A stretch of 64,000 bases of DNA from a virus. Positions within the stretch are counted from its first letter, which is position 1, and the number at the start of each line of letters is the position of its first letter. A program made the translations under genes and the position numbers. The notes below the pieces were generated by a model that was given only the letters and a program-made list of their open reading frames with translations, searched no databases and was not told the DNA's origin. Shown piece after piece: positions 17,986-27,198 of this stretch. The stretch spans positions 1-64,000 of the IMG/VR virus record IMGVR_UViG_3300050821_007764; one strand, written 5' to 3'.

Positions 17986-18406
17986 CGCAACAGGAACCCC
18001 TCTCACTCCTGGGGACCGTATCGGGACGGTGACGGCGGGCCGCTGGCAGGTCGTGATGACCGCCGAGGTAGTGCGGATCGGTACGGTGATGCTCACGTGC
18101 CGGGTGCTGACGGCCGCGTGGTCCGGGGCCCCAATGTCGGAGTACGCGCGGCTGCCGCAGTCCGGCCAGGAGGTGCGGCTGAACGCGTGGCGGGTGTTCC
18201 GGCTGGAGAACCCTCCGCAGCCGCCGGACCTCGTCGCCGCCGACCTGCGCATCGAAACGGCCCAGCCGGGTAACTGGGTGAGGGTTACGCATCTGCCGAC
18301 GGGGCACGAGGTGACAGTGTCAGACCACATGTCCCTGTTTGAGTCGAAGGCGGAGGCGCTGCGGCTACTGGCCGATCTGGTGGACCGGCACGGGAAGGAG
18401 GAATGA
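17975..18406 (+). CDS. protein with C-terminal class I release factor (RF-1) domain lacking the GGQ loop
   Basis: DLRIET..VRVTHLPTGHEVTVSDHMSLFESKAEALRLL. Confidence 0.7.
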   Translation: MITDATGTPLTPGDRIGTVTAGRWQVVMTAEVVRIGTVMLTCRVLTAAWSGAPMSEYARLPQSGQEVRLNAWRVFRLENPPQPPDLVAADLRIETAQPGNWVRVTHLPTGHEVTVSDHMSLFESKAEALRLLADLVDRHGKEE

Positions 18407-18684
18407 GTTCGTTGACGAATCAGTGCTTCGCATGCGGCGAGCGGCTGGAGCCGGTGTTCAAGGACGCCGCGCCGCAGTACAGCGGGGCGGTGATGTTCTA
18501 CGCGTCGGGGAACTACGGGTCAACGGTGTTCGACATGCCGCCCCGGGGGGTCCGCCTGGTGATCAACATCTGTGACAGATGCCTGGTGGCGGGCGCGGAC
18601 CGGGTGCTGGAGGAGACAGCACCGGTGGTGCGGCCGGATGTCTCGTACGCGCAGTGGAAGCCGGAAGGGGCTGAAGACTGGTGA
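18403..18684 (+). CDS. zinc-ribbon protein
   Basis: CFAC..GNYGSTVFD..CDRC. Confidence 0.7.
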   Translation: MSSLTNQCFACGERLEPVFKDAAPQYSGAVMFYASGNYGSTVFDMPPRGVRLVINICDRCLVAGADRVLEETAPVVRPDVSYAQWKPEGAEDW

Positions 18685-19019
18685 GTGTGGAGAGTACTGC
18701 CGTACTGCTGTACGGCTTCCGGATCCCGTATCCGCAGGGTGTGGATGATGTGGACCGGTATTTCGATGCGGCTCTGCGGGTGGCCAACCTCTCGCAGGCG
18801 GGGGTCGGCTATGCGAAGGTCGGCCTGTGGGACCAGGAGAAGCTGTACCTGTGTACGGCGTACCACGAGGCGGAGGCGGTTGAGGCGCGGTACCTGTCGC
18901 TGGACCACGAGGCGGAGGACTGTGCGCGGTGGGACGGCCTGCTGAACGCGGCGGCGCGGGCGTTCGGGATTATGCACCACGAGCCGGGCAACTGGATTCT
19001 GCTGGTACACGAAGCATGA
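18681..19019 (+). CDS. hypothetical protein
   Basis: GTGA overlap. Confidence 0.65.
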   Translation: MSVESTAVLLYGFRIPYPQGVDDVDRYFDAALRVANLSQAGVGYAKVGLWDQEKLYLCTAYHEAEAVEARYLSLDHEAEDCARWDGLLNAAARAFGIMHHEPGNWILLVHEA

Positions 19020-19318
19020 AATGGGACCCCGGCCTCGGGTTGTGGTCATTGCTGGACACGCCACGGTTGCAGCTCTACGGGGCGACGCCACGGCACGCGG
19101 ACCTGTGGCGGGTTGCGGTGAAGTCCGGGAGGTTCTTCCTGGAGCTCTCAGTGGAATACCGGTTCGTGTATGCGAGTGCAGAACTCTGGTGGGGACGCCA
19201 TGTGCGGCATTGTGTCCTTGGGCGGCATCGGATGCACCGGAAGTTTTCCGCACAGTACTTTGGTTCATGCTCATGTCAAACAGGAATGTTTTCTGAGGCG
19301 GGGAGGAAAAAATCATGA
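19016..19318 (+). CDS. hypothetical protein
   Basis: ATGA overlaps at both ends. Confidence 0.55.
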   Translation: MKWDPGLGLWSLLDTPRLQLYGATPRHADLWRVAVKSGRFFLELSVEYRFVYASAELWWGRHVRHCVLGRHRMHRKFSAQYFGSCSCQTGMFSEAGRKKS

Positions 19319-19668
19319 CCGCAGACCCGGACAACGAGCTGGCCGACTGCTGCCCGTGCTGCGACTTCGGAAACCACACCGAGCCCTGCACCTGCGACGG
19401 CTTCGAATGCTGCCACCCGCAGTACCACTTCCGGGGCAACAAGCCGGACCGCAGCACCTTCCCGGAACTGGTGGGATCCCAGGAACTCCAGACTCTCCTG
19501 GACGTCGGCTCCGCACAGGCGTGGAAACTGCTTCAGGCCCAGGGTGCCCCGCAGCCAGTGGCGAAGCTGAAATCCGGACACATCTACCTCGCCGAGGAGA
19601 TCAGGGAATTCCAGCGCACCCGCAACCGCAAACGCGGACGCCGGGCGGCTCCGAAAGACAGCGTATGA
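19315..19668 (+). CDS. Cys-rich N-terminus plus AlpA/excisionase-like HTH
   Basis: PELVGSQELQTLLDV..PQPVAKLKSGHIYLAEEI. Confidence 0.65.
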   Translation: MTADPDNELADCCPCCDFGNHTEPCTCDGFECCHPQYHFRGNKPDRSTFPELVGSQELQTLLDVGSAQAWKLLQAQGAPQPVAKLKSGHIYLAEEIREFQRTRNRKRGRRAAPKDSV

Positions 19669-19886
19669 CCGATCTCCGCTGCGACGTGATGCAGGCTGCG
19701 GGAATGGGCCATGACTTCCTGCGCTGCATCAACGAGGGCACTCATGAGTATGTGTGGGAGGGTTGCCCGTGCAAGGATAAAGATCCTGACGTGTGCTTCG
19801 AAGGCGGCTGGGGTTCCTCGTGGGAATGCGACGGCACGCACGTCTTCGGGGAGTGGAATGAGAAGGAAGGCCATGCAGGAAGCTGA
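19665..19886 (+). CDS. small Cys-rich protein
   Basis: ATGA overlap. Confidence 0.55.
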   Translation: MTDLRCDVMQAAGMGHDFLRCINEGTHEYVWEGCPCKDKDPDVCFEGGWGSSWECDGTHVFGEWNEKEGHAGS

Positions 19887-20328
19887 ACTATTCGACCTTG
19901 ATGGTACGCTGGTGGACAACACCATCATCAGGAGATTCGAGCCGCAATTGCTCGCTGTGGACTACCGGGATGTCTATCAGGAAAAAGTGACGTACTGTCC
20001 GCCGAATCTCGAAGTAGCAGCAGCATTCCGAGTATGTCAGCAGGCAGGTCGGGCGGCTTTGGTTCCGACAGCGCGACAGCGGAAGTTTCAGGACTGGACC
20101 GAAGAATGGCTCGCTAAGTGGGAACTGGTCCCGGACGGTCTGTGGATGCGGAACACGGGTGACCCGCAATCGGATGTGTCCTTGAAGGAGGGTTTCCTGA
20201 CGGAGATCCTCTCAGAATATACGGTGGTCCGGTCCTGGGAGGACAACCCGCACGTGGCAAAGATGTACGCCGACCGTGGAATTCCGACAGAGCTTATTCC
20301 CGGGTACGTAGAGGAAAAGGAAGCATGA
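19873..20328 (+). CDS. HAD-family phosphatase (polynucleotide kinase/phosphatase phosphatase-domain like)
   Basis: FDLDGTL, TAR, WEDNP motifs. Confidence 0.85.
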   Translation: MQEAELFDLDGTLVDNTIIRRFEPQLLAVDYRDVYQEKVTYCPPNLEVAAAFRVCQQAGRAALVPTARQRKFQDWTEEWLAKWELVPDGLWMRNTGDPQSDVSLKEGFLTEILSEYTVVRSWEDNPHVAKMYADRGIPTELIPGYVEEKEA

Positions 20329-21566
20329 AGTCACTGAAATCCAAGCCCATCGAGCTGCCTGACATCCCCTGGAAAATGACCCGGGGAGAGAAGAAGCGGC
20401 ACCGCGAACTGGGCAAGCAAATCGGTAGTCCTTTCGTGAGGACCGTTCGGCTTCACCACAGGCTCCAGGAGTACCGGGAAAGCGCGTGGTTCGAGACTGT
20501 CCACGCTTTCGAGGCCAACCCTGGCGACTTCTACAACGCCTGGCACTACCTCAACAACCACCCCGTCTTCTGGACCTTCGGCGAACCCCGCGACGGCACA
20601 GTCCCCGAGGTCCACGAACGGAACCTCCAGCACGAGTACGGGATGCTCTTCGGGAACGGCATCGAGGTCACCGTGCACCGGGTGGACCCGAAGACCCGCA
20701 GTGTCTCCGACGACCCCGCGCGGAACACCCGTACCGAGGTCTGGTACGAGCTGTCCCTCACCCACTGGCCCACCCATGAGCACTACCCGCACCGCATTCA
20801 CGACTACGAGGGCGACGGCGGCGCGAAGACCTACGAGAAGGCCATCGTCAAAGCCGCCCGGAAGGTCCACGAGCTGTACGGCAACGACCGACGGATCCTG
20901 GATGCCCAGCTGAACAAGGAGCCGGAGCCGGAGAACGCCTGCCACTGTCCCGCGCACCAGAAGTCCCGTGAGACCCTGATCGAGGCAGCTCCGGGCTGGA
21001 CCGGCTGCCAGGAGTGCTACTCCTTCGGGTGCAACGCCGCCGTGTGCAACTGCGCCTGCCACCCGAAGGAGGAACAGGCAAAGACTGAGCCGACCCTCGC
21101 CGAGGCGCTGGCGGAGCTGGGACCGAGCCAGGTGCTCCCGGTGGCCGAGCTGGCCAAGACCGTCGGCTGCGGACGACCGAGCCTCACGCAGATCACTGTG
21201 GAGACCCGCAGGCCCGGCAAGTGGCGCTTCGTGGACACCGAGACCCAGCAGGTCTGGCGCTGGCGGGACGGCGCGTTCGAGCTCGTGGACCCGATCGCGG
21301 ACACCCAGGAGCTGACGGATGCCGACCTGCTGGCCGACCCGGAGCTCCAGGAGTCCATCGCGCAGTGTCAGCACGGCGAGACCGTCCCCGCCACCACCCT
21401 GGCCGAGGAGGAAGCGGACTGGCAGGCACGGGCCGAGAAGGCTGAGGCGTCCCTCGCGAGGGTCAGGGGCCTGCTCCCGGAGTTCAGGGGCCGGTCCGGA
21501 TACGCGCCGACGTACAGCGTGGCGCTAGGCTTGATCGAGGCAGCCCTCGCCCAGGAGACCTCATGA
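20325..21566 (+). CDS. hypothetical multidomain protein
   Basis: 413 aa, RBS, strong codon bias, Cys cluster. Confidence 0.8.
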   Translation: MKSLKSKPIELPDIPWKMTRGEKKRHRELGKQIGSPFVRTVRLHHRLQEYRESAWFETVHAFEANPGDFYNAWHYLNNHPVFWTFGEPRDGTVPEVHERNLQHEYGMLFGNGIEVTVHRVDPKTRSVSDDPARNTRTEVWYELSLTHWPTHEHYPHRIHDYEGDGGAKTYEKAIVKAARKVHELYGNDRRILDAQLNKEPEPENACHCPAHQKSRETLIEAAPGWTGCQECYSFGCNAAVCNCACHPKEEQAKTEPTLAEALAELGPSQVLPVAELAKTVGCGRPSLTQITVETRRPGKWRFVDTETQQVWRWRDGAFELVDPIADTQELTDADLLADPELQESIAQCQHGETVPATTLAEEEADWQARAEKAEASLARVRGLLPEFRGRSGYAPTYSVALGLIEAALAQETS

Positions 21567-21961
21567 CCGATGACCCCCGCCCGACCTTCGCCGAGGTCCA
21601 TGCCCGGCGCGGCTACACCTTCGGGGCGTTCTTCCCTCCCGAGGCCCCGTGGGAGGTCGTGGAGGCCGCGTTCGACTGGTTCGCCGATGCCTTCATGCTT
21701 CAGGGGGACGAGGGCGGCGGCTGGGACACGTTCGTGGTTGGTCTGGCCGGTGACCAGCTCAGCATCGACATGGATCTGCCCAGAGGCACGCACATCTACC
21801 TGTCCACGAGCTGCCTGCACGGGGACCACGAGCACTGCAATGCCATGGTCGGCGTCAACGGATCCAAGCGGCCCGGCCGGTGCAAGTTCTGCGACGAGGT
21901 CTGCCGCTGCCCGGTCTGCCGCCATGACATGCCACCACGTGCTGACTGCACCCATGGGTAA
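21563..21961 (+). CDS. Cys/His-rich hypothetical protein
   Basis: HIYLSTSCLHGDHEHC..CKFC..CRCPVC. Confidence 0.7.
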   Translation: MTDDPRPTFAEVHARRGYTFGAFFPPEAPWEVVEAAFDWFADAFMLQGDEGGGWDTFVVGLAGDQLSIDMDLPRGTHIYLSTSCLHGDHEHCNAMVGVNGSKRPGRCKFCDEVCRCPVCRHDMPPRADCTHG

Positions 21962-21977
21962 TCCGGCCCACAGCCCA

Positions 21978-22151
21978 ATGGATCGCATGATGACACCTGT
22001 CAGCACCGAGGCCGGTTCGACGGCCGCCAGCAACCGCCCGTCCCTGACTGAGCTGTGCCAGCGGGCGCGGGCCGAGGCCACCGTCACCCGGGTCCTGTCC
22101 GGTGACAGCGGCGGCCGGGACGGGGTCAGTGCTTTTCAGTCCTCGATTTGA
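21978..22151 (+). CDS. FxSxx-COOH RiPP (cyclophane) precursor-like peptide
   Basis: 57 aa ending ..RPSLTEL..VTRVL..GVSAFQSSI-stop; no clear RBS. Confidence 0.6.
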   Translation: MDRMMTPVSTEAGSTAASNRPSLTELCQRARAEATVTRVLSGDSGGRDGVSAFQSSI

Positions 22152-22285
22152 TCATGGATGTGCAGCTGCTCCCCGGTCTTTTCCCGGCTGGGGAGCTTCT
22201 GCGTTCCCTTGCCCAACCGTTTGAGATGTGATACGGTCGGGCCAGGAAACCAGGAACACCGACCTGTACCGAGGAAGAAGGAATC

Positions 22286-22495
22286 ATGTCCGGACACGAC
22301 TGGAGATCACAGCAACGCCTGGCAACACGCATTGGGCGACTGGGCGGCTACCAGGTGAAGCAGACCAGCAAGGGTCACCTGCTCATCACCAATCTGCTGA
22401 CCAACGAGCGCGGCATGGTCACGTGCAGCAAGTCCGACCATCGTTCGCCGAAGAACAATGCCGCCGAGCTCAAGCGCCTCGGCATCGAGCTGTAG
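22286..22495 (+). CDS. HicA-like small protein
   Basis: GYQVKQTSKGHLLI..SDHRSPKNNAAELKRLG. Confidence 0.55.
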   Translation: MSGHDWRSQQRLATRIGRLGGYQVKQTSKGHLLITNLLTNERGMVTCSKSDHRSPKNNAAELKRLGIEL

Positions 22496-22530
22496 AACTC
22501 AGGACCCGGACCAGGAAAGCAGGAAAAGGA

Positions 22531-22839
22531 ATGCCACGGAGCATGGCCCCCGCAGAGCTCATTCACCAGCTCTACGAGATGTGCGGGCACACAGTCAACA
22601 CCATCGGCAGTGCTGTCCCCCGCAGGCTGGCGCTGGCCCTGGACGAGTACCGGGGGCGCAGTGAGCTGCTGGACGAGCGGATGGCCCGGTTCGACGCGGC
22701 CCGGCAGGCGCTTGAAGGGCGCAGGATGCGCGGCTACCTGGGACGGGCGGAGTGGGAGGAGCTTGTCGCCAGCGCGCCGCCGGTTGCGCTAGCCCTGCGG
22801 CCCCTGGTCCCCGCGTCGGCTTCGAGGGTGGACGCCTGA
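22531..22839 (+). CDS. hypothetical protein
   Basis: CAGGAA leader, RBS. Confidence 0.7.
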   Translation: MPRSMAPAELIHQLYEMCGHTVNTIGSAVPRRLALALDEYRGRSELLDERMARFDAARQALEGRRMRGYLGRAEWEELVASAPPVALALRPLVPASASRVDA

Positions 22840-23033
22840 TGCTGACGATTCTTGAGGTCTTCGGCGGCCTGGAGGCGGCACTGCTCATCCTGAGTGCCGC
22901 ATGGTTCTACCGGGCACAGGGGATGGAGATATTCGCCTGGATGGCCGTCACCTTCTACGGTACGGCGTTTCTGGCAGGAGCCTTCCTGCTCACCGTCGTG
23001 ATTCACGACCATGTTCATCTGAACCTGCGGTAG
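22839..23033 (+). CDS. small membrane protein
   Basis: TGATG coupling, two TM segments. Confidence 0.65.
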   Translation: MLTILEVFGGLEAALLILSAAWFYRAQGMEIFAWMAVTFYGTAFLAGAFLLTVVIHDHVHLNLR

Positions 23034-23119
23034 GAAGCCCAAGGGGACCGGTTGACACCGGTCCCCTTGGTGTGTCAGTATTAAAACACAAGGAACGAGG
23101 AACCCAGGAAGAAGGCATC

Positions 23120-23659
23120 ATGTCCGAGAGTCTTGAGAGCAGGCTCGTAAACGCCGTCCGGACCCGGCGCGGCATCAGTCCCAAGGCCGCCACATCCCAC
23201 GTCCACAAGAACCTGGTCAAGCACCCGAGGCAGCGGGGCTGGGAGCCCTGGCAGGGCTACGGCCTCGACTCGCTGGAGGACTTCACCGGCATGGTCAAGG
23301 CGTGGCTCGGGGACAAGTCCAACCTCTCCGGCGCGACCCTGGACGCCGCCAACTACGGCGAACTGCTGGAGCACTTCCGCGAGATGGCTGGCTGGAAGCC
23401 GCCGCGCAAGAAGGCCGCCAAGCCGAAGGCGGCGAAGAAGGACTACGCCGGATTGCGGGGGCTCCTCCAGCTCGATACAGGACCGGAGCCCAAGCCGCAG
23501 CGCGGTACTGTCGCCGCCGCTGCCAAGCGTGTCCCCCGCGTCGTCACCGCCCGCATCGTCCCCGGCAACTGGCGCTACATGGCCGACCACGCCGACACCG
23601 CCTCCGCCCGCGCCTGGTGGTCCGAGTACTGCGACAAGCGCATGCGCGGTGAGGTCTGA
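23120..23659 (+). CDS. hypothetical protein
   Basis: promoter TTGACA at about 23051, RBS. Confidence 0.75.
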   Translation: MSESLESRLVNAVRTRRGISPKAATSHVHKNLVKHPRQRGWEPWQGYGLDSLEDFTGMVKAWLGDKSNLSGATLDAANYGELLEHFREMAGWKPPRKKAAKPKAAKKDYAGLRGLLQLDTGPEPKPQRGTVAAAAKRVPRVVTARIVPGNWRYMADHADTASARAWWSEYCDKRMRGEV

Positions 23660-23970
23660 TGACGTACGACCTCGTTCGGCAGGACTTCATCGACGCGTAC
23701 GCCCAGAAGTGGGGCTGCACGCCGGAGTACGCCGAGGGCATGCTCCGGCACGTCGAGCTCACGGCGATCGAGAAGGCCCAGGAGTGGCAGGAGGGCGACT
23801 GGGAGTTTCGGCTCTCCCCTGACGGCCGGGACTTCGCGTTCTTCGACCAGGGCAACGGCCCCTGGTTCATCCCCCGGCCCGCCATGACCGGACGGTTTGT
23901 CAGCAGTGTGCAGATGGACGCCATGGGCTGGACGAGGTTCGTCAAGGCCCAGGATGCGGACACGGAGTGA
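23659..23970 (+). CDS. hypothetical protein
   Basis: TGATG coupling. Confidence 0.7.
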   Translation: MTYDLVRQDFIDAYAQKWGCTPEYAEGMLRHVELTAIEKAQEWQEGDWEFRLSPDGRDFAFFDQGNGPWFIPRPAMTGRFVSSVQMDAMGWTRFVKAQDADTE

Positions 23971-24206
23971 AAGGCTTCCACTGCATCCGGCACGACGCCG
24001 TGGCCGACGCCTGCCGGAAGCAGCCCGGGACGTGGATCCACGTCGGCACCTACAGTACGAAGACCTCCGCACAGGCCACCGCCCGCAGGATCGGCGAAGG
24101 TGCTGTCTACAAGGCGTACCGCCCCGCCGGAACCTTCGAGGGCCGGTCCGAGATGAGCGACCTCGGCTACACCGTCTACGCCCGGTACACCAGGGGGAAG
24201 CCGTGA
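23967..24206 (+). CDS. hypothetical protein
   Basis: GTGA overlap; VYARY terminal motif. Confidence 0.7.
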   Translation: MKGFHCIRHDAVADACRKQPGTWIHVGTYSTKTSAQATARRIGEGAVYKAYRPAGTFEGRSEMSDLGYTVYARYTRGKP

Positions 24207-24313
24207 GGATCTACCGCACCATCCCCAGCATCTGGGGCTTCGGCATCGCACACCACCCGGGCGGCTGGTCCGTGCAGTTCGCCTGGTGGGTCGTCACCAC
24301 CGAGCCGTACTGA
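24203..24313 (+). CDS. small hypothetical protein
   Basis: GTGA overlap. Confidence 0.5.
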   Translation: MRIYRTIPSIWGFGIAHHPGGWSVQFAWWVVTTEPY

Positions 24314-24371
24314 CCCTCTTCCCCCAGGCCAGCGTGACACGGTATGATTCCTGAGACAGGAAGGACAGGAA

Positions 24372-24500
24372 ATGTACACGATCACCATGGGCGACATCGG
24401 AACCGAGCACGAGATCGTCCGCTTCGAACCGCTCCCCGACACCGTCCCCGTCGAAGAGCCGGTGCAGGTCCCGGCCGAGCCAGAGAAGGTCCCCGCCTGA
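24372..24500 (+). CDS. 42-aa acidic Pro-rich peptide
   Basis: MYTITMGDIGTEHEIVRFEPLPDTVPVEEPVQVPAEPEKVPA; RBS; TGATG coupling to next gene. Confidence 0.65.
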   Translation: MYTITMGDIGTEHEIVRFEPLPDTVPVEEPVQVPAEPEKVPA

Positions 24501-25468
24501 TGGTCTACGGGTTCGCCGCAGAGGCCGGGGAACACTCCAGTGACGTCCAGGTCTACCCGAACAAGCTCACCGCGTTCCGCAGGTTCCGGTTCCGGCCGCG
24601 CCCCGCCTACTCACCGCCCCGGGGGTGGAACGGTGAGTGGGCGGACTTCGCGGACGGGAACGAGCCCGTCGTGCAGATGCCGTCCGATGTCAGCTTTCTC
24701 AGCCTTAATGACCCACGGAAGGTCAAGGAGAGGAACGAGCTGTACCACGGCAAACCGCAGTGGGAGCCGTGCCTGACAGCAACCAGCTACGGGCATGTCG
24801 TCTACACGGCAGGAGCGCACACGGCGTACTGCGCCCAGAACTTCTACCAGGAGAACGCCGTCCACCGGGCACCCCAGAAGGGATGCTCCTGCGGGTACTG
24901 GTGCTACTACACCCCCGACTACGCCACCGACATCGGCACCTCCACCGCGTGGACGTGCCTGGCCGCCGTAGAGGTGTGGGGTGACATCGTCCCTGGCACC
25001 AAGGGCGTCCGGGCGGAGCACATGCAGATCGTCGGCATCCTGCCCCCGGCCGAGCTGCTGGGCACGGTGTACCCCGTCGTGAAGGCGTGGCAGGAGGTGC
25101 TGGCGGGGCTGCACGTTCCGCAGTACGGGGGTCTGGGGGAACTGCTGGAGTTCCACCCGCCGCAGGACGTCTCCGGGTTGATCCCGAAGGAGCCGGAGCG
25201 GTCGACCGTACCGTACGAGTTGACATATTCTCCTGGTCAGTCGTTCCTCGGGACGTGGAACAGCGGACTGTCCTGGAGCATCACGCACCCGGCGGCGAGC
25301 TACTACTCCATTCCTGTGCCACTGTATGTGCCGCAGTACTCGGACTCCTGTTCCCTGTGCAGCTACGCGTTCACCGCACGGACACAGGCCGACCTCGACC
25401 GCCTGGTCGGCACCCACTACACCACCGTCCACCTCATGCCCAGCACAGCAACCGCCATCGCGGCCTGA
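24500..25468 (+). CDS. hypothetical protein with C..H..CxCG motif
   Basis: AYC..HRAPQKGCSCGYW..VEVWG..GVRAEH. Confidence 0.75.
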   Translation: MVYGFAAEAGEHSSDVQVYPNKLTAFRRFRFRPRPAYSPPRGWNGEWADFADGNEPVVQMPSDVSFLSLNDPRKVKERNELYHGKPQWEPCLTATSYGHVVYTAGAHTAYCAQNFYQENAVHRAPQKGCSCGYWCYYTPDYATDIGTSTAWTCLAAVEVWGDIVPGTKGVRAEHMQIVGILPPAELLGTVYPVVKAWQEVLAGLHVPQYGGLGELLEFHPPQDVSGLIPKEPERSTVPYELTYSPGQSFLGTWNSGLSWSITHPAASYYSIPVPLYVPQYSDSCSLCSYAFTARTQADLDRLVGTHYTTVHLMPSTATAIAA

Positions 25469-25503
25469 CGCGCTGGCGGTGATCTTGCCGTTTCTCCGGC
25501 CCG

Positions 25504-25815
25504 GTGCCTAAGCTGGTACAGCAGCACACCGAGCCGGAGGCCCGCATGACGTACTCAGTACCACAGATCGACCCAGAGTTCGTCCACGCACTCATGGCAC
25601 AGGACGACCCCGACATCGTCACCACAGCGCTCACGCTTTTCACCATCGGAATGCTCCAGGGCATCTCCGCCGTCATGCGGGAACACGCCATGGTCCTCCT
25701 GCTCCAGGGCATGCAGCAACCGTACGTGAACGGATGGCTGGACGCGGCCGATACCTTCGACGCCAACCCGCCACCTCATGAACCGGCATGCAGGGAAAAA
25801 GAAAAGGAAACCTAG
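25504..25815 (+). CDS. hypothetical protein
   Basis: ORF tiling; alternative ATG at 25546 with GGAGG. Confidence 0.6.
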   Translation: MPKLVQQHTEPEARMTYSVPQIDPEFVHALMAQDDPDIVTTALTLFTIGMLQGISAVMREHAMVLLLQGMQQPYVNGWLDAADTFDANPPPHEPACREKEKET

Positions 25816-26007
25816 ATGCAGCTCGACAAGGAGACATACACAGCTCTGCGGGACGACATGCGCCAGGAACTCGTACGGCTCCATCGCACCCGCGCCCAGC
25901 CATGGGAAACCAACGCGGTCCTGCGGCGCATCAGCCGCCTGGACATGGCCTGGGCCCGCAACCAGGAATGGCACGACAGCAGCGCAGGAACTCTCATCGA
26001 ACCGTGA
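25816..26007 (+). CDS. hypothetical protein
   Basis: RBS AAGGA. Confidence 0.6.
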   Translation: MQLDKETYTALRDDMRQELVRLHRTRAQPWETNAVLRRISRLDMAWARNQEWHDSSAGTLIEP

Positions 26008-26042
26008 GGGGCACGTAACGACACGCGGAAGGCGGACAGGGA

Positions 26043-26273
26043 ATGCCGGTACAGCACGTGGACTACACGGAGGTGCTCAAGCAGCTCGAAACCAAGCGGC
26101 AGGGGCGGGACCTGTCCTGGCGGCAGGTGGCCACCGAGATGGATATCCCCGCCGGGACGTTCAGCCGGTTGCGCAATGGCGAGGGGTGCTCGAACGACGC
26201 CCTGGTGACCATGCTGTCATGGCTCGGGGCGGATAGGTCGATCAAGCCGTTCCTGGTGGCCGCACCGGAGTAG
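26043..26273 (+). CDS. XRE-family HTH protein
   Basis: RDLSWRQVATEMDIPAGTFSRLRNG. Confidence 0.8.
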   Translation: MPVQHVDYTEVLKQLETKRQGRDLSWRQVATEMDIPAGTFSRLRNGEGCSNDALVTMLSWLGADRSIKPFLVAAPE

Positions 26274-26311
26274 GATCAGTGGACCACCGCAGTGCACGCG
26301 AAGGAGCTGCT

Positions 26312-26647
26312 ATGTCGAAGCCCCGTAAAGACGACCGCATCCGTGTCCTGCCCCAGGCCATGGCCGCGTACGCGTCCGGCACGTCCATCCGGGCCATCGC
26401 CGAGGCCATCGGGTTCTCCTACACGGGTACCCGGCGGATGCTGATGGCGGAGGGCGTACAGATGCGCCCCCGGTACACCCGTGTACTGCGGCAGGGTGAA
26501 CTCCAGGACACCGACCCCCGCACGGTGCCCTGCACCTACTGCGGGGCCGAAGCGGGGGGCGGGTGCCACAGCAAGTATGGTAAGCGCCTGTCCAAGCTGC
26601 ACAGGTCACGCCGGTACGCGGTTGGCAGTGCGGCTCCCACGACTTGA
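26312..26647 (+). CDS. HTH plus zinc-finger protein
   Basis: YASGTSIRAIAEAIGFSYTGTRRML; CTYC..C..H. Confidence 0.75.
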   Translation: MSKPRKDDRIRVLPQAMAAYASGTSIRAIAEAIGFSYTGTRRMLMAEGVQMRPRYTRVLRQGELQDTDPRTVPCTYCGAEAGGGCHSKYGKRLSKLHRSRRYAVGSAAPTT

Positions 26648-26672
26648 CAGTCCATGCGAGAAGTGAAACACT
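26644..26672 (+). promoter_or_regulatory. promoter with TGCGAGAAGTGA box in its spacer
   Basis: TTGACA at 26644; box 26655-26666. Confidence 0.55.
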
Positions 26673-26721
26673 ACGTATCAGGAACAGGGACCCGGCACAC
26701 CGGAACCCGGAGCAGTAAGGA

Positions 26722-27198
26722 GTGTATGTGGCACGCCACATGAATTCGGGCGTCAAGGCGTACGGCGTCAGCAACGCCCTGCGCGCCAGGGGTCTCACCC
26801 GCAGCGAGGAACTCAGCAGGAGCCGCAAGGACCACCGCATGAGCGCCGGGTACCAGGTGGCCCAGCTCGATGACGACTCCGTCCGCATCAGGCACCACCT
26901 CGGCAACGGCCACCGCATCACCCTCGCCGCCGACCGTGCGGCCAAGGTGGAGGCGGAGCTCACCAAGTACACCGAGATACTGGAGAACGGGTACGCCGTC
27001 GTGCACCACGGCGAGGGCGAACAGGCGTACCTCATCGTGCGCAACCCGGTGAGCCCCCTGGTCGGCGAGACTCTGCGCAAGGCGGCCAAGCTCGTCCGTG
27101 AACTGCCGGGCTCCGCAGCCAGGACAGCCAACGCGGCGATCGTCGCCGAGCACCTGGAGGACTGGGCAGTCCTTGCCGACGGCGGCAAGGACTGGTAG
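26722..27198 (+). CDS. hypothetical protein
   Basis: RBS, codon bias. Confidence 0.7.
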   Translation: MYVARHMNSGVKAYGVSNALRARGLTRSEELSRSRKDHRMSAGYQVAQLDDDSVRIRHHLGNGHRITLAADRAAKVEAELTKYTEILENGYAVVHHGEGEQAYLIVRNPVSPLVGETLRKAAKLVRELPGSAARTANAAIVAEHLEDWAVLADGGKDW

